Source of the DNA: Planctomycetota bacterium
GTDB lineage: Bacteria > Planctomycetota > PLA2 > JAEUHO01
NCBI GenBank assembly: GCA_050248855.1
Contig: JBFWRP010000035.1
Location: 1-46,115 of the forward strand
Direction: 5' to 3'
DNA: 46,115 nt
Part shown: one piece after another, positions 26,847-36,937 of the stretch
Position numbering within the stretch: the first letter of the stretch is position 1
Layout of the letters: the number at the start of each line of letters is the position of its first letter
Made by a program: the position numbers and the translations under genes
Notes under the pieces: model-generated
What the model was told of the DNA's origin: nothing
Seen by the model: only the letters and a program-made list of their open reading frames with translations
Database searches by the model: none

Positions 26847-27542
26847 ATGGTCGCCCACGCCCTTGCATCCCTGCGCTTCCTGTGGCGAGCCCCCATGAGC
26901 TGGGGCCTCTCCGCCCTTGGCGTCTTCCTGGGCTGGGTCGGGGTTGCCTTCGCGGTCCTCGCGCTCCACGACGAGCCGGCTCGACGGGCCCAGGTCGTGG
27001 CCAGCTCCGCGGCCCTGGCGGCCGCCATGCTCGTCCTCTGGAGCCTGGCCCGTCTCCTTGCCGAGGATCGTCGCTCCGGCTTCGCGCTCGCCGCGGACGC
27101 CGCGGCGCCCGGACCAGGAGGCAGGGTGCTCGGCCGCTGGCTCGGCTGCACGGTGGGGGCCACGATGGCCGCCGCGGCGGCGAGCCTGCTTGCGGGCGCG
27201 GTTGCTCGGGCTCCCATGGCCCAAACACTATACTTGTGTTGTGCATATAGTGTCCCGCTGGGTCTTTTGGGGGCCTGGGCCACCCTGCTCGCGGCGCCGC
27301 TGGGCCCCGGGCGTGCTGCCGGCGTGGGAGCCGTGCTCTTCGTCCTCGGCCATCTGCCGTGGGGACGCGACCCCCTGGCCCAGGGCGCCCTGGGGCGGGG
27401 CGTTGGCGCCCTGCTCCCGCGGCCGCCCCTGCTGGAGGCCCCGCTTCAGGGGGCTCCGGCCGGGCTGCTGGCTTCGGTTGGGCTTGCGCTCCTCGCAGCC
27501 CTGGTCGCGGAACGGGTCCGATCGACCGATCCCATGATCTGA
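26847..27542 (+). CDS. Membrane protein (ABC-2 permease-like)
   Basis: About 6 TM segments; LAEDRRSG...VLGRWLG resembles ABC-2 permease loops. Confidence 0.6.
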   Translation: MVAHALASLRFLWRAPMSWGLSALGVFLGWVGVAFAVLALHDEPARRAQVVASSAALAAAMLVLWSLARLLAEDRRSGFALAADAAAPGPGGRVLGRWLGCTVGATMAAAAASLLAGAVARAPMAQTLYLCCAYSVPLGLLGAWATLLAAPLGPGRAAGVGAVLFVLGHLPWGRDPLAQGALGRGVGALLPRPPLLEAPLQGAPAGLLASVGLALLAALVAERVRSTDPMI

Positions 27543-27611
27543 TCAGGGCCGGATGACCTCGGACGACCGGCCGAGGCGGCAAGGGACCCCTCGAGGATCG
27601 ACACTCTCCAC

Positions 27612-28334
27612 GTGCGCTACGGCATCTTCGCGGACATCCACGCCAACGAGCCGGCCCTCGAGGCCGTGCTCGCCGCCCTCGAAACCGAGCAGGTCGATCG
27701 TCTGTTCTGCCTGGGCGACCTCGTCGGCTACGGGGCCGACGCCCGTGCCTGCGTCGAGCGGGTGCGGGCCCTCGACATCCCCGTCATCGCCGGCAACCAC
27801 GACTGGGCCGTCGCCGCCCGGCTGGGCCTGGAGTACTTCAACCCCCATGCCCGGGCGGCCGTCATCTGGACGCGTGGGGAGCTGGACGACGAGGCGATCC
27901 GCTGGCTGGCCTCGCTCGAACCGCTGGAGGTCGTGGGGGACCTGACCCTGGCCCACGGCACGGTGCACGAGCCCGAGATGTTCGAGTACATGACCACGGG
28001 CTACGACGCCTACCGGTCGTTCGCGGCCATGACGACCGACGTCGGATTCGTGGGGCACAGCCACGTGCCCGTCGCGTTCTTCTTCGACGGCACGGCCGTC
28101 ACCTACAGCGTGGACGACGACCTGACGCGGGGCGAGCGTCGGGTGATCGCCAATCCCGGTTCCGTCGGCCAGCCGCGCGACGAGGACCCGCGCGCTTCCT
28201 ACCTCGTCTACGACGATGCGGAGGGGCGCCTGCTCCAGCGCCGCGTGGAGTACGACGTGGAGGAGGCCGCGCGTCGCATCCTCGATGCGGGCCTGCCGCC
28301 CATCTTGGCCGAGCGCCTGCACGTCGGTCGGTAG
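27612..28334 (+). CDS. Metallophosphoesterase
   Basis: DIHAN, LGDLVGYG, GNHD, HG, GHSH and NPGSVGQPRD motifs. Confidence 0.95.
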   Translation: MRYGIFADIHANEPALEAVLAALETEQVDRLFCLGDLVGYGADARACVERVRALDIPVIAGNHDWAVAARLGLEYFNPHARAAVIWTRGELDDEAIRWLASLEPLEVVGDLTLAHGTVHEPEMFEYMTTGYDAYRSFAAMTTDVGFVGHSHVPVAFFFDGTAVTYSVDDDLTRGERRVIANPGSVGQPRDEDPRASYLVYDDAEGRLLQRRVEYDVEEAARRILDAGLPPILAERLHVGR

Positions 28335-28426
28335 CGGACCGGCGGGGCACCCGGACGTCGCAGGTCGGAGTCGACCTCGACCCGGTATCCTCGGCCCCCC
28401 GGGAAGAGAACCGGAGGAGGACCACC

Positions 28427-28918
28427 ATGAACGCCGAGGATCGCACCGTCTTCCACGTGACGGCCGACGGCGTGGAGCTGGAGTTCGAGGGCACCGAGGA
28501 GTTCGTCACCCGCCAGGTCGAGCGCTTCCGCGGATTCCTCGAACGCGCCATCGGCTTCGGCTCGACGGGCGCGGTCGCTGCGGCGGCGCCCACGGCGCCC
28601 CCGATGGCGCCGTCCGCCTCGATCGTCGCGTTCTCCGACTTCGCGGCGGCCAACCCCGTGCGCGACGGGCGCGGCGCCATCCAGGAGCGGATCCTGATGG
28701 CGATCTACCACATGGAGCACAACGTCGGGCGTCCTGGCGCCACGACGGACGACATCGCGTTCTGCTTCTCGCAGGCCGGTTGGGAAGAGCCCGGCTCGCT
28801 CCACAACCACCTCGGCATCCTCAAGCGCAAGAAGGGCTTGCTCGACGACTCGGCGGGCCGCGGTCTCTACCGCCTCAGCGACAGCGGACGCGAGTACTGC
28901 TCACACCGCTTCCGCTAG
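28427..28918 (+). CDS. Hypothetical protein, possible C-terminal winged helix
   Basis: GGAGGAGG RBS; C-terminus LKRKKGLL...GRGLYRLSDSG resembles a wing. Confidence 0.75.
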   Translation: MNAEDRTVFHVTADGVELEFEGTEEFVTRQVERFRGFLERAIGFGSTGAVAAAAPTAPPMAPSASIVAFSDFAAANPVRDGRGAIQERILMAIYHMEHNVGRPGATTDDIAFCFSQAGWEEPGSLHNHLGILKRKKGLLDDSAGRGLYRLSDSGREYCSHRFR

Positions 28919-30105
28919 GCCTCGGGCTCGGCGAGCTGCCCCAGCACGGTGTCGAGCACGTTGCGACCGAGAGGGGTGGCGACCAGTCGCGTGCCGCGAC
29001 GCTGCAGCAGGCCCTGGGCGTCCAGCGCAGCCAGGGCGCGCGCGCGCGTCGCCGCCACGTCGATCCCGGTGCGCTGGCGCACGAGCTCGAGGTCCACACC
29101 CTCGGAGAGCCGCAAGCCCATCAGCAAGTGCTCGACCGCTTGGGCCTCGGCGTCGACCACCTCCTGGAAGGACACGGGTACCTCGCCCGCCCGCACACGC
29201 GCCACGTAACGCGCGGGATCGTCCTCGAGCTTCCAGCGCATGCCGGCCACGTGGCCGTGACCGCCGGCGCCCACGGCCACCCAGCTGGCATTGCGCCAGT
29301 AGACGAGGTTGTGCAGGCTCTCGTTGCCGGGCGTGGCGAAGTTGCTGATCTCGTAGCGCGCGAGACCCGCGGCTTCGAGGATCTCGGCCGTCGCGTCCAG
29401 ATGCGCCAGCTCACGGTCCGGATCGGGGCCGGGCAGACGCCCCTCCTCCCAGGCCCTCGTGAAGGCCGTGCCGGGCTCGTAGGTCAACACGTACGCACTG
29501 ACGTGGTCCGGCGAGAGATCCACGACACGTCGCGCGTCGGCACGCTGCTCGCCGAGCGTCTGCCCCGGGATGGCCACGATCAGGTCCAACGACACGCGCG
29601 GCATGCCCGCGCGGCGCAGGATCTCGATGGCGCGCACCGTGTCGGCGGGCCCGTGCGCCCGGCCGAGCGTGGCCAAGTGCGCGGGATGGAAGCTCTGCGC
29701 ACCCAAGCTGATGCGGTTCACGCCGGCGGCCAGGAGCGCCTCGACCTTGGCGATCTCGAGCGTCCCGGGGTTGGCCTCGACGGTCCACTCGAGCAGATGC
29801 GGTCCCCGCACATGGCGTCCGATCACCTCGGCCTGGCGAGCGACGACCTCGTTGCGGCCGTGCGTGGGCGTGCCGCCTCCCACGAACACGGTCGTGGGCC
29901 GCAGCCACGGCGACCACGCTTCGAGCTCGGCGCCGAGCGCGTCGAGGTAGGGATCGATCTCCGCATCGCGGCCCGCGTACGAGTTGAAATCGCAGTACGG
30001 GCACAGCTGCCGACAGAACGGCATGTGCACGTAGAGATGCTCGAGGGGGGCGCCGAGGCGCGCCGCGACGGCCTGGGGCCACGTCGCGCGCGAAACGACG
30101 GTCAC
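28915..30105 (-). CDS. hemW: Radical SAM heme chaperone HemW
   Basis: [33 protein letters not shown] and HNLVYW motifs. Confidence 0.93.
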   Translation of the reverse strand: MTVVSRATWPQAVAARLGAPLEHLYVHMPFCRQLCPYCDFNSYAGRDAEIDPYLDALGAELEAWSPWLRPTTVFVGGGTPTHGRNEVVARQAEVIGRHVRGPHLLEWTVEANPGTLEIAKVEALLAAGVNRISLGAQSFHPAHLATLGRAHGPADTVRAIEILRRAGMPRVSLDLIVAIPGQTLGEQRADARRVVDLSPDHVSAYVLTYEPGTAFTRAWEEGRLPGPDPDRELAHLDATAEILEAAGLARYEISNFATPGNESLHNLVYWRNASWVAVGAGGHGHVAGMRWKLEDDPARYVARVRAGEVPVSFQEVVDAEAQAVEHLLMGLRLSEGVDLELVRQRTGIDVAATRARALAALDAQGLLQRRGTRLVATPLGRNVLDTVLGQLAEPEA

Positions 30106-30938
30106 GGACGTCCCGACATCGACTGGCGCAGACGTCCGACGGCTTCGTGCTCGAGCTGGCGGACGCGCTCGCGGGAGATGCCAAGCTCGCGCGCGATCTC
30201 GCGCAGGGTGAGCGGGGCATCGTGCTCGCCCAGGCCGTACCGCATGCGCAGGATGGTCGCCTCGCGGTCACCTAGCCGTTCGATGTGCTCGTACAGCTCC
30301 GCACGCTCGTACGAGCTGAAATCGATCAGATCGGGCCGCTCGGCACGCGGATCCACGACGGCGTCGACGGTCTCGAACAGCAAGTCAAGCGACACCGCGC
30401 TCGTGCCCGGGAGGCTGTTCTCGTAGAGGCGGAGGATCAGCTTGCGGCGGCCCGTCGGCGGCTTCATGGCGACGAGCAGCTCGTCGGGCTCCGGCGGGCG
30501 CCCGTTCTCCTGCTCGAAGGTGCGGGCGAAGGCGCGCCAGCGGTTGAGCTCCTCGGCCATGTACGACGGGATGCGCACCGTCTTCACCTTGTTCATCAGC
30601 GCGCGGCGCACGGCCTGCTTGATCCACCAGGTGGCGTAGGTGCTGAAGCGCGTGTCCATGTCGGGGTCGAACTTCTCCACGGCGTGGACGAGGCCGACGT
30701 TGCCTTCCTCCACCAGGTCCGGGAGTGACAACCCGCGTCCGCTGTAGCGCTTGGCAACGGACACGACCAACCGCAGGTTGGCCAGGATCATCGTGTTGCG
30801 GGCTTCCATGGCGTCGACGTGGTCCACGTCCTGCGCCTGGATGCGACGGGCCAAGGCCTTCTCTTCCTCGGCCGTCAGCAGCGTGTGCCGCTGGATCTCC
30901 CGCAGGTAGGTGTCGAAGGAAGCCTCGGTGCGCGCCAT
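30102..30938 (-). CDS. Sigma-70 family factor (RpoD/RpoS-like, no region 1.1)
   Basis: YLREI...[41 protein letters not shown] and SRERVRQLE motifs. Confidence 0.95.
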   Translation of the reverse strand: MARTEASFDTYLREIQRHTLLTAEEEKALARRIQAQDVDHVDAMEARNTMILANLRLVVSVAKRYSGRGLSLPDLVEEGNVGLVHAVEKFDPDMDTRFSTYATWWIKQAVRRALMNKVKTVRIPSYMAEELNRWRAFARTFEQENGRPPEPDELLVAMKPPTGRRKLILRLYENSLPGTSAVSLDLLFETVDAVVDPRAERPDLIDFSSYERAELYEHIERLGDREATILRMRYGLGEHDAPLTLREIARELGISRERVRQLEHEAVGRLRQSMSGRP

Positions 30939-30947
30939 CACGGAATG

Positions 30948-32123
30948 TTAGTCGGCCGTCTCGGGGTGGCGACGTGAGCCGGAAGCGAGGACGTCGCGGT
31001 AGAGGGCCTCGTACTGCCTGACAACCGGCTCCCGGGCAAAGCGCGTGACGGCGGCGTCGCGAGCCGCCGCACTCATCGCGGCCAACCGGTCAGGCTGGGC
31101 CAACAGCTCCAGCGCATGGCGCCCCATCTGCGATAGCTCCTCCGGGGGGACGAGCCGTCCCGTGACGCCGTCCTCGATCACTTCCGGCAGACCGCCCGCC
31201 GCCGTGGCCAGGGGCACCGCGCCGCAGGCCATGGCCTCGAGCGCCGCAAGCCCGAAGGACTCGAAGCGGCTCGGCAAGAGGAAGAGATCGGCCGCCGGCA
31301 GCAGGTTCTCCACGTCGCTCTGCGCGCCGAGGAAGCGCACCTGGGAACGCAGACCCAGGGTCTGGACGCGCGCCTCGCACGCGGCACGATCCGGACCGTC
31401 GCCGACCATGACCAGGGTGGCGGGACGTTCCGCGGCGACCTGCGCGAACGCATCCACGACCAGCGGCGTCTGCTTGACCGGACGGAAGTTGCTCACGTGC
31501 ATGAGCACGCTCTCGCCGCCGCGCGAGAAGCAGCCACGCAGGGGGCTGGGCCGGGCAGGACGGAAGCGCTCGCCGTCCACGAAGTTGGGAACGATGTCGA
31601 GGTGGCGTTCGATGCCGAACACGCGCCGCGTCTCGGCGGCAAGCCACTGCGAGACGCATGTCACGCGGTCCGAGCGCGACAGCGCATAGCGGGTGACCCG
31701 CGTGTAGGAAGGATCTTGGCCGACCACGGTGATGTCGGTGCCGTGCAGGGTGGTCACGACCGGGACGCGGCGCGGGCGCAGCATGTCCTTCACCGCCAGC
31801 GCGGCCATCGCATGCGGGATGGCGTAGTGGGCATGGATCAGGTCGAGGCCGACATCTTCGGCGACCTCGGCCACACGCGAGGTCAGCGCCAGGTCGTAGG
31901 GCGGGTAGCGGAACAGCGGATACGAGGAGACGGCGACCTCGTGCAGGTGCAGGCGCTCGTCGAAGGGGTCGTGGCGCGCAGGCGGCGCGTAGCTGAACAG
32001 GTGCACGGTGTGGCCGCGCTGCGCCAAGCCCTGGGCCAGCTCCACGGCCACGACGCCGGAGCCCCCGAACGTCGGGTAGCAGAGGATGCCGACCGAGAGC
32101 GGGCGCTCGGGCGACGTGCTCAC
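30948..32123 (-). CDS. bshA: N-acetyl-alpha-D-glucosaminyl L-malate synthase
   Basis: GILCYPTFGGSGVVA, YPLFRYPPY, HAHYAIPHA, TTLHGTDIT, HVSNFRPVK and ESFGLAALEAMACG motifs. Confidence 0.95.
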   Translation of the reverse strand: MSTSPERPLSVGILCYPTFGGSGVVAVELAQGLAQRGHTVHLFSYAPPARHDPFDERLHLHEVAVSSYPLFRYPPYDLALTSRVAEVAEDVGLDLIHAHYAIPHAMAALAVKDMLRPRRVPVVTTLHGTDITVVGQDPSYTRVTRYALSRSDRVTCVSQWLAAETRRVFGIERHLDIVPNFVDGERFRPARPSPLRGCFSRGGESVLMHVSNFRPVKQTPLVVDAFAQVAAERPATLVMVGDGPDRAACEARVQTLGLRSQVRFLGAQSDVENLLPAADLFLLPSRFESFGLAALEAMACGAVPLATAAGGLPEVIEDGVTGRLVPPEELSQMGRHALELLAQPDRLAAMSAAARDAAVTRFAREPVVRQYEALYRDVLASGSRRHPETAD

Positions 32124-32899
32124 AGGACGGCCCAGCCTCGCTTGCGGAACGTCTCGAGGGGATCGTCGACGGGCACCATGCGATCCACGCGGAAGGGCTC
32201 GCCGTAGGCGGCGCCGATGCGCGAGCCCCAATACGCGTAGCGCGCTTCCAGCCGCCGCGCGAAGTCCGGAGACGCGATGTTCGTCACGGCGCCGCCGCGC
32301 GGGCCCTCGCCGAGCTGCGAACCGTAGCAGCGTACGGCCTGCATGCGCAGCTGCCAGACGTCGGTCACGTCGACGATGAACGAAGGCGTCGGCTCGAGGT
32401 GGCCGAAGTACTCGACCAGCGCGTCCGGCCGATGGGGGGGCAGACCGCCGCCCGCGGCCCGCCCGATGGTGGCGGCGTAGTAGGCGCGTCGGACCATCTC
32501 CGCCGCGGCCAGGTGATCCGGATGGCGGTCTTCACGACAGGGCGAGAGCACGACGCGGGGCCGCCAGCGGCGGATCGCCGCCACGACGGCCTCCTCCTGC
32601 TCGGGCACGACGCGCAGTCCCGCGTCGGGCAGCCCGAGGTTCTCGCGCGCGGCCAGCCCAAGGACCCGACCGGCTGCTTCCGCTTCCTTCGCGCGCTCCT
32701 CCGGCGTGCCACGCGTGCTGGCCTCGCCGCGCGTGAAGTCCACGATCACGCAGCGCCGGCCTGCCTGCGCCTGGCGCAGCAGCAGTCCGCCCGCGCAGAT
32801 CTCGACGTCATCAGGGTGCGGGCCGAACGCCAGGACGTCGGCCGGCTCGGGCAGGTCGTGCATGCGCGGGATGGTCCCTCGGGAGCCGGGCCGTGTCAT
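32120..32899 (-). CDS. bshB1: Bacillithiol biosynthesis deacetylase
   Basis: GPHPDDVE, TRGEASTRG and DRHPDH motifs. Start is either 32899 (ATGA overlap) or 32863. Confidence 0.92.
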   Translation of the reverse strand: MTRPGSRGTIPRMHDLPEPADVLAFGPHPDDVEICAGGLLLRQAQAGRRCVIVDFTRGEASTRGTPEERAKEAEAAGRVLGLAARENLGLPDAGLRVVPEQEEAVVAAIRRWRPRVVLSPCREDRHPDHLAAAEMVRRAYYAATIGRAAGGGLPPHRPDALVEYFGHLEPTPSFIVDVTDVWQLRMQAVRCYGSQLGEGPRGGAVTNIASPDFARRLEARYAYWGSRIGAAYGEPFRVDRMVPVDDPLETFRKRGWAVL

Positions 32900-34563
32900 G
32901 CGGGAGCCGGGTCAAGCTCCACGACGACGTGGCCGGGAAGCAGGGGGTCCAGCTCCGAGAGCCCCGACCGCAGCGCCTCGAGCCCGTGGCGAGCCGCGAA
33001 CGACCATGGCGAGAGGAAGCGATCTTGGCTGCGGCCGCGCGGCCAGAGCAGCTCCGCCGCGCGCGCGTACCGGGCCCCGGCCATGCCGGCGTCGGCCGCC
33101 TGGCCGGCGTGCACGGAGGGCGCGAGCTTCTCCCACGTGGCGCGCAACCGATCGAGCGCCTTCGCCATCGCCGCGCCCGACCGGCCGCCGCCCTCGACGA
33201 GGTCCATCACGGCGCCCGGCCACGTGGCCAGATGCTCGTCCATCGCCTCGCTCCAGCTCTCGTCGGTCACGCGCTCGGGCGCCCCCGCATTTGCGCCTCG
33301 ACGCAGCGCCGTGCCGACATCGAGGCCGAAGGCCGCCAAGCGATCGATCGTCTTGCGGTCCACCCACGTGGCTTCGGGACGCGGCAGGGCGAGGGGGAAG
33401 GGCAGCCCGAGGTCGAGCGCCGCGGCCCGCACTTGGGCTTGGTAGGCGATCTCGGTCGGTCCCGCGACGTAGGCCACGACGGGCAACAGCGCGTTCTGGA
33501 CGAAGACGCGCCCCACGACGTTGCCGCTGGCGAGGCGTGGCTCGGCCTCGACGCGGCGGGCCAAGGCCTCCACGTCCGCGGCTGCCGGCTCGCCGCGCGC
33601 CGTCACGCGACCGTCGGGCTCCACGGCCACGCGCAAGCGCGGTCCGTCCTCCGTCTCCCGCACGAAGATGGGCAAGGCGCCGGGCTCGGGGTCCAGCGGC
33701 GCGGGCAGCCCCGCCGCCCGCATCTTCCGGCCGGTCTCCCGCACGCGCTCGTGGATGCGCACGCCCTCGCGGACCAGCCGCGCGAACACGGGCCCCGCCG
33801 CAGGCAGGAGGTCGAACGGGTCCAGCATCACGACGCCCGCATCGCCGAACACGCCGACCAGCGAGCGCATCGCATGCGCGACGAAGCTCTCCTCCGGGCG
33901 CGGCTCGAGCGCCTGCATCACGACGCGCGCGCGCGGCGTGTCGGGGAGCGCCTCGAGCAAGCCCGCGTGGATGGCGGCGAGGGCACCGGGGCCCAGGGTC
34001 ACGTGCTCCAGGCTGCGCCCGTCGGGCGCGGCCTCGACGCGGAGCATGCGGGCGATGCCCTCGCGGTCCAGCACACCCAGTCGGTTGGCCTCGTCCAGGT
34101 CGTGGTCCTCGCTCGCGCACCAGAACACGGGAACGACGCGGGGGCCGCCGAGCGCATCGAGCCGGCGCGCCAGATGCACCGCACCGGCCAGCTTGTGCGC
34201 CGTCAGCAGCGGCCCACCGTACAGACCCGGTTGCTGCCCCGTCACGACGGCGATCGCCTGGCCCGTGGCGAGCAGGCGGGCCGCTTCGACGGCGCGCTCG
34301 CCGGCTCCCAGCAGAGCTTGGCGCTCGACGATCGCCGCGCCGACAGCGCTCGGCAACGCGCGGGCCCGTGACATCACCTCGGCGAGAAGCGCTCGCCATG
34401 CCGCATCGTCGGCGGGGGGCGGCGGCAGGAGCGCGAGAGCCGCTCCCTCGCGCGTGCGCAGCGCGTGGGCGAACGCGCCGGTCGGCGGGCCGGCGTCGGG
34501 CGCGAGTCGATGAGCTCGGGGGTTCGACGGGCTCACCCGGTGTGGCGGCTTCGGCGGGCTCAC
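32896..34563 (-). CDS. bshC: Bacillithiol cysteine-adding enzyme
   Basis: VTGQQPGLYGGP...K, PVFWCASEDHD, YVAGPTEIAY and QDR motifs. Confidence 0.93.
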   Translation of the reverse strand: MSPPKPPHRVSPSNPRAHRLAPDAGPPTGAFAHALRTREGAALALLPPPPADDAAWRALLAEVMSRARALPSAVGAAIVERQALLGAGERAVEAARLLATGQAIAVVTGQQPGLYGGPLLTAHKLAGAVHLARRLDALGGPRVVPVFWCASEDHDLDEANRLGVLDREGIARMLRVEAAPDGRSLEHVTLGPGALAAIHAGLLEALPDTPRARVVMQALEPRPEESFVAHAMRSLVGVFGDAGVVMLDPFDLLPAAGPVFARLVREGVRIHERVRETGRKMRAAGLPAPLDPEPGALPIFVRETEDGPRLRVAVEPDGRVTARGEPAAADVEALARRVEAEPRLASGNVVGRVFVQNALLPVVAYVAGPTEIAYQAQVRAAALDLGLPFPLALPRPEATWVDRKTIDRLAAFGLDVGTALRRGANAGAPERVTDESWSEAMDEHLATWPGAVMDLVEGGGRSGAAMAKALDRLRATWEKLAPSVHAGQAADAGMAGARYARAAELLWPRGRSQDRFLSPWSFAARHGLEALRSGLSELDPLLPGHVVVELDPAPA

Positions 34564-35342
34564 CGTGCGCGCCGTGCGACGCGTACGTACCGCGGGGCGT
34601 CCTCGTCCAGCGGCCGGCCATCCACATGCCCCATGCGCTCGCCCACGAGCTCGAGATCGGCCTCGACAAGCAAGGCGTCGACCTCGTCGGGTGTGTAGAG
34701 GCGGACGCGCTCGTCGAACTCCGTCACGAGCTGCCCACTGCCCGCGTCGCGGGCCACCACGTGCTTGTGGACGACGGGTCCGTGCGGCCCGTGCTCGTCG
34801 ATCTCCCGCTCGATGTCGATGCGCAACGTCCCCCGACGCGACGAGCTCCTCGGCTCGAGCGTCCGGTGCACGTGTGCGGCGTGGAGGAAGTCCACGACGA
34901 ATCGTCCCCCCGGAAGAAGGGCACGCCGCACGCCGCGGAAGATCGCCACGTCGTCGGCGCGCGTCGGGAAGTAGCCAAACGACGTGAACATCGAGATCGC
35001 GCCGTGGAACTGGCCCGAGAACGGGAGCCGGCGCACGTCGCCACGCACATACTGCGGCGAGCCCGGCAACAAGGGGCTACGCTCACGCGCCTCCGAGAGC
35101 AGGTCCGCGCTCAGGTCGACGCCGGTGACCCGCAGGCCCAGGGCCGACAACGCTCGCGCGTAGCGTCCGGCGCCGCATGCGACGTCGAGCACGCGCTGTC
35201 CGGCCCGCACGCCCAGATGCCGACGGATCGCCGGCGCGTCGACCCGCGCCTCGTCGTCATCGCGGTGCGCGTAGAGCCGCAACCAGGCACGATCGAACGT
35301 GCGCGCGTACCAGGGTTCGTCACGAAGCAGCGGTAGCGGCAT
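34560..35342 (-). CDS. Class I SAM methyltransferase (candidate bacillithiol N-methyltransferase, NmbA-like)
   Basis: VLDVACGAGR, GVDLS, FTSFGYF and ERVRLY motifs; WY..F...LYAHRD..EA N-terminus; coupled to bshC by GTGA. Confidence 0.85.
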   Translation of the reverse strand: MPLPLLRDEPWYARTFDRAWLRLYAHRDDDEARVDAPAIRRHLGVRAGQRVLDVACGAGRYARALSALGLRVTGVDLSADLLSEARERSPLLPGSPQYVRGDVRRLPFSGQFHGAISMFTSFGYFPTRADDVAIFRGVRRALLPGGRFVVDFLHAAHVHRTLEPRSSSRRGTLRIDIEREIDEHGPHGPVVHKHVVARDAGSGQLVTEFDERVRLYTPDEVDALLVEADLELVGERMGHVDGRPLDEDAPRYVRVARRAR

Positions 35343-36195
35343 GGATGCTCTCGGCGGCCTCACGTGCGGCGACGGTCACGGCCTCGGGCCAGTCTTCGTC
35401 GCTCACGGCAGGGTGGATGACGCTGCGCGACGCGTTCACGACAGCGCCGCTGCCGTCGCTGCGGAAGGCGGCAGCCACGTCCGCAGCCGTCGCACCTTGC
35501 GCACCGAAGCCGGGCGCCAGGAACGGGGTGCGTGGCAGGGCCTCGCGCAGCGTGGCGAGCGCCGCCGGGCTGGTCGCACCGACGACCGCCCCGACGAGAC
35601 TCCACCCGGTGACGGGCGAGATATGCGGAGCGCCGAGCTCGTCGACCATCGCCGCGACGCGCTCGAACACCTTCGGGCCGTCGGCGAGCGCTCGCTCCTG
35701 CAGGTCACCCGCTCCCGGGTTGCTCGTGCGTACGAGGATGTAGAGGCCCTTGCCGTGCGCGGCGGCAACTTCGACGAACGGGCGCAGCGCGTCGCGGCCG
35801 AGATACGGGTTGATCGTGAGGGCGTCGGCCTCGAAGTCGCCTCCCGGCGCCAAGAACGCTTCCGCGTAGGCCTCGGCGGTGGACCCGATGTCGCCGCGCT
35901 TGGCGTCGGCGATCACGAGACCTCCGCTGGCGCGGATCGTCTGCACGATGTGCGCAAAGGCGGTGAGCCCGGGCAGGCCATGCGCCTCGAAGAAGGCGAT
36001 CTGCGGCTTCCAGCAGGCGGCATGGGGGCGGGTGCGCTCGTGCACGGCCGCCCCGAACTGCTCGAGGGTCGTGCGCACGTCCGGGCCCCGGAGCGAGGCC
36101 GGGATGCGGTCGATGCGGGGATCGATCCCCACGCACAGCGCCGAGCCCCGCTCGCGGCGACACGCCTCGAGTCGATCGAAGTAGGGGGTCGTCAT
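35320..36195 (-). CDS. pyrF: Orotidine-5'-phosphate decarboxylase
   Basis: LCVGIDP, KPQIAFFE, DAKRGDIGST, TSNPG and PGFGAQG motifs. Confidence 0.96.
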   Translation of the reverse strand: MTTPYFDRLEACRRERGSALCVGIDPRIDRIPASLRGPDVRTTLEQFGAAVHERTRPHAACWKPQIAFFEAHGLPGLTAFAHIVQTIRASGGLVIADAKRGDIGSTAEAYAEAFLAPGGDFEADALTINPYLGRDALRPFVEVAAAHGKGLYILVRTSNPGAGDLQERALADGPKVFERVAAMVDELGAPHISPVTGWSLVGAVVGATSPAALATLREALPRTPFLAPGFGAQGATAADVAAAFRSDGSGAVVNASRSVIHPAVSDEDWPEAVTVAAREAAESIHAATAAS

Positions 36196-36234
36196 CAGGT
36201 CCGGAGCATACCCCTGGCCCCGCACGGGGAGGGC

Positions 36235-36846
36235 CTACCTACGGACCCGCGCGGGGTCCTTGGGCCGGAGGCCGACGCGGCGCAGGAACGCGGCGAACAA
36301 GACGGGGCCCTCGGGACTCAGGTGGCTCTCCGGGTGGAACTGGACGCCCTCGACCGGGTGGACGCGGTGGCGCAGCGCCATGATCTCGCCCTCCTCGCTC
36401 GTGGCCGTCACCTCCAGGCCCTTGCCGGGCCGCCTCGGGTCCACGACCAGGGAGTGGTAGCGCGCGGCCTCGAACCGGGCCGGGAGGTCGGCGAGGAGGC
36501 CCCGCCGACGGCTGCGGATCCAGGTGGAGCGCCCATGGACGGGGCGCACGGCCCGGATGACGCGGCCGCCATGGGCCTCCGCGATGGCCTGGTGGCCCAG
36601 GCAGATGCCCAGGATCGGGACGTGCTCGCCCAGGGCGCGGATGATGGGCACGGTGACGCCGGCATCGCGCGGGCGACCGGGGCCGGGGGACAGGACGATG
36701 CCCGCGTACGCCGCCGCCTCGCCCACGCGGATCGCGTCGTTGCGTCGGACGTCCACGTGCGCGCCCAGCTGCACGAGCTCGTCGACGGCGTTGTGGGTGA
36801 ACGAGTCGTAGTTGTCGACGACCAGCAGGCGGCGAGCGCGTCGCAT
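36235..36846 (-). CDS. trpG: Anthranilate/aminodeoxychorismate synthase component II (TrpG/PabA)
   Basis: DNYDSFT, SPGPG, GICLGHQ, RYHSL and QFHPES motifs. Confidence 0.93.
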   Translation of the reverse strand: MRRARRLLVVDNYDSFTHNAVDELVQLGAHVDVRRNDAIRVGEAAAYAGIVLSPGPGRPRDAGVTVPIIRALGEHVPILGICLGHQAIAEAHGGRVIRAVRPVHGRSTWIRSRRRGLLADLPARFEAARYHSLVVDPRRPGKGLEVTATSEEGEIMALRHRVHPVEGVQFHPESHLSPEGPVLFAAFLRRVGLRPKDPARVRR

Positions 36847-36937
36847 CGATGTCGCCCCCCCGCCCTCGGGCGTGTGGAGTACCCGGGGAGAGAAGCCGCC
36901 CGGAGCCTCTTCCACGCGGGTCCGCCGGCATGGTGCC

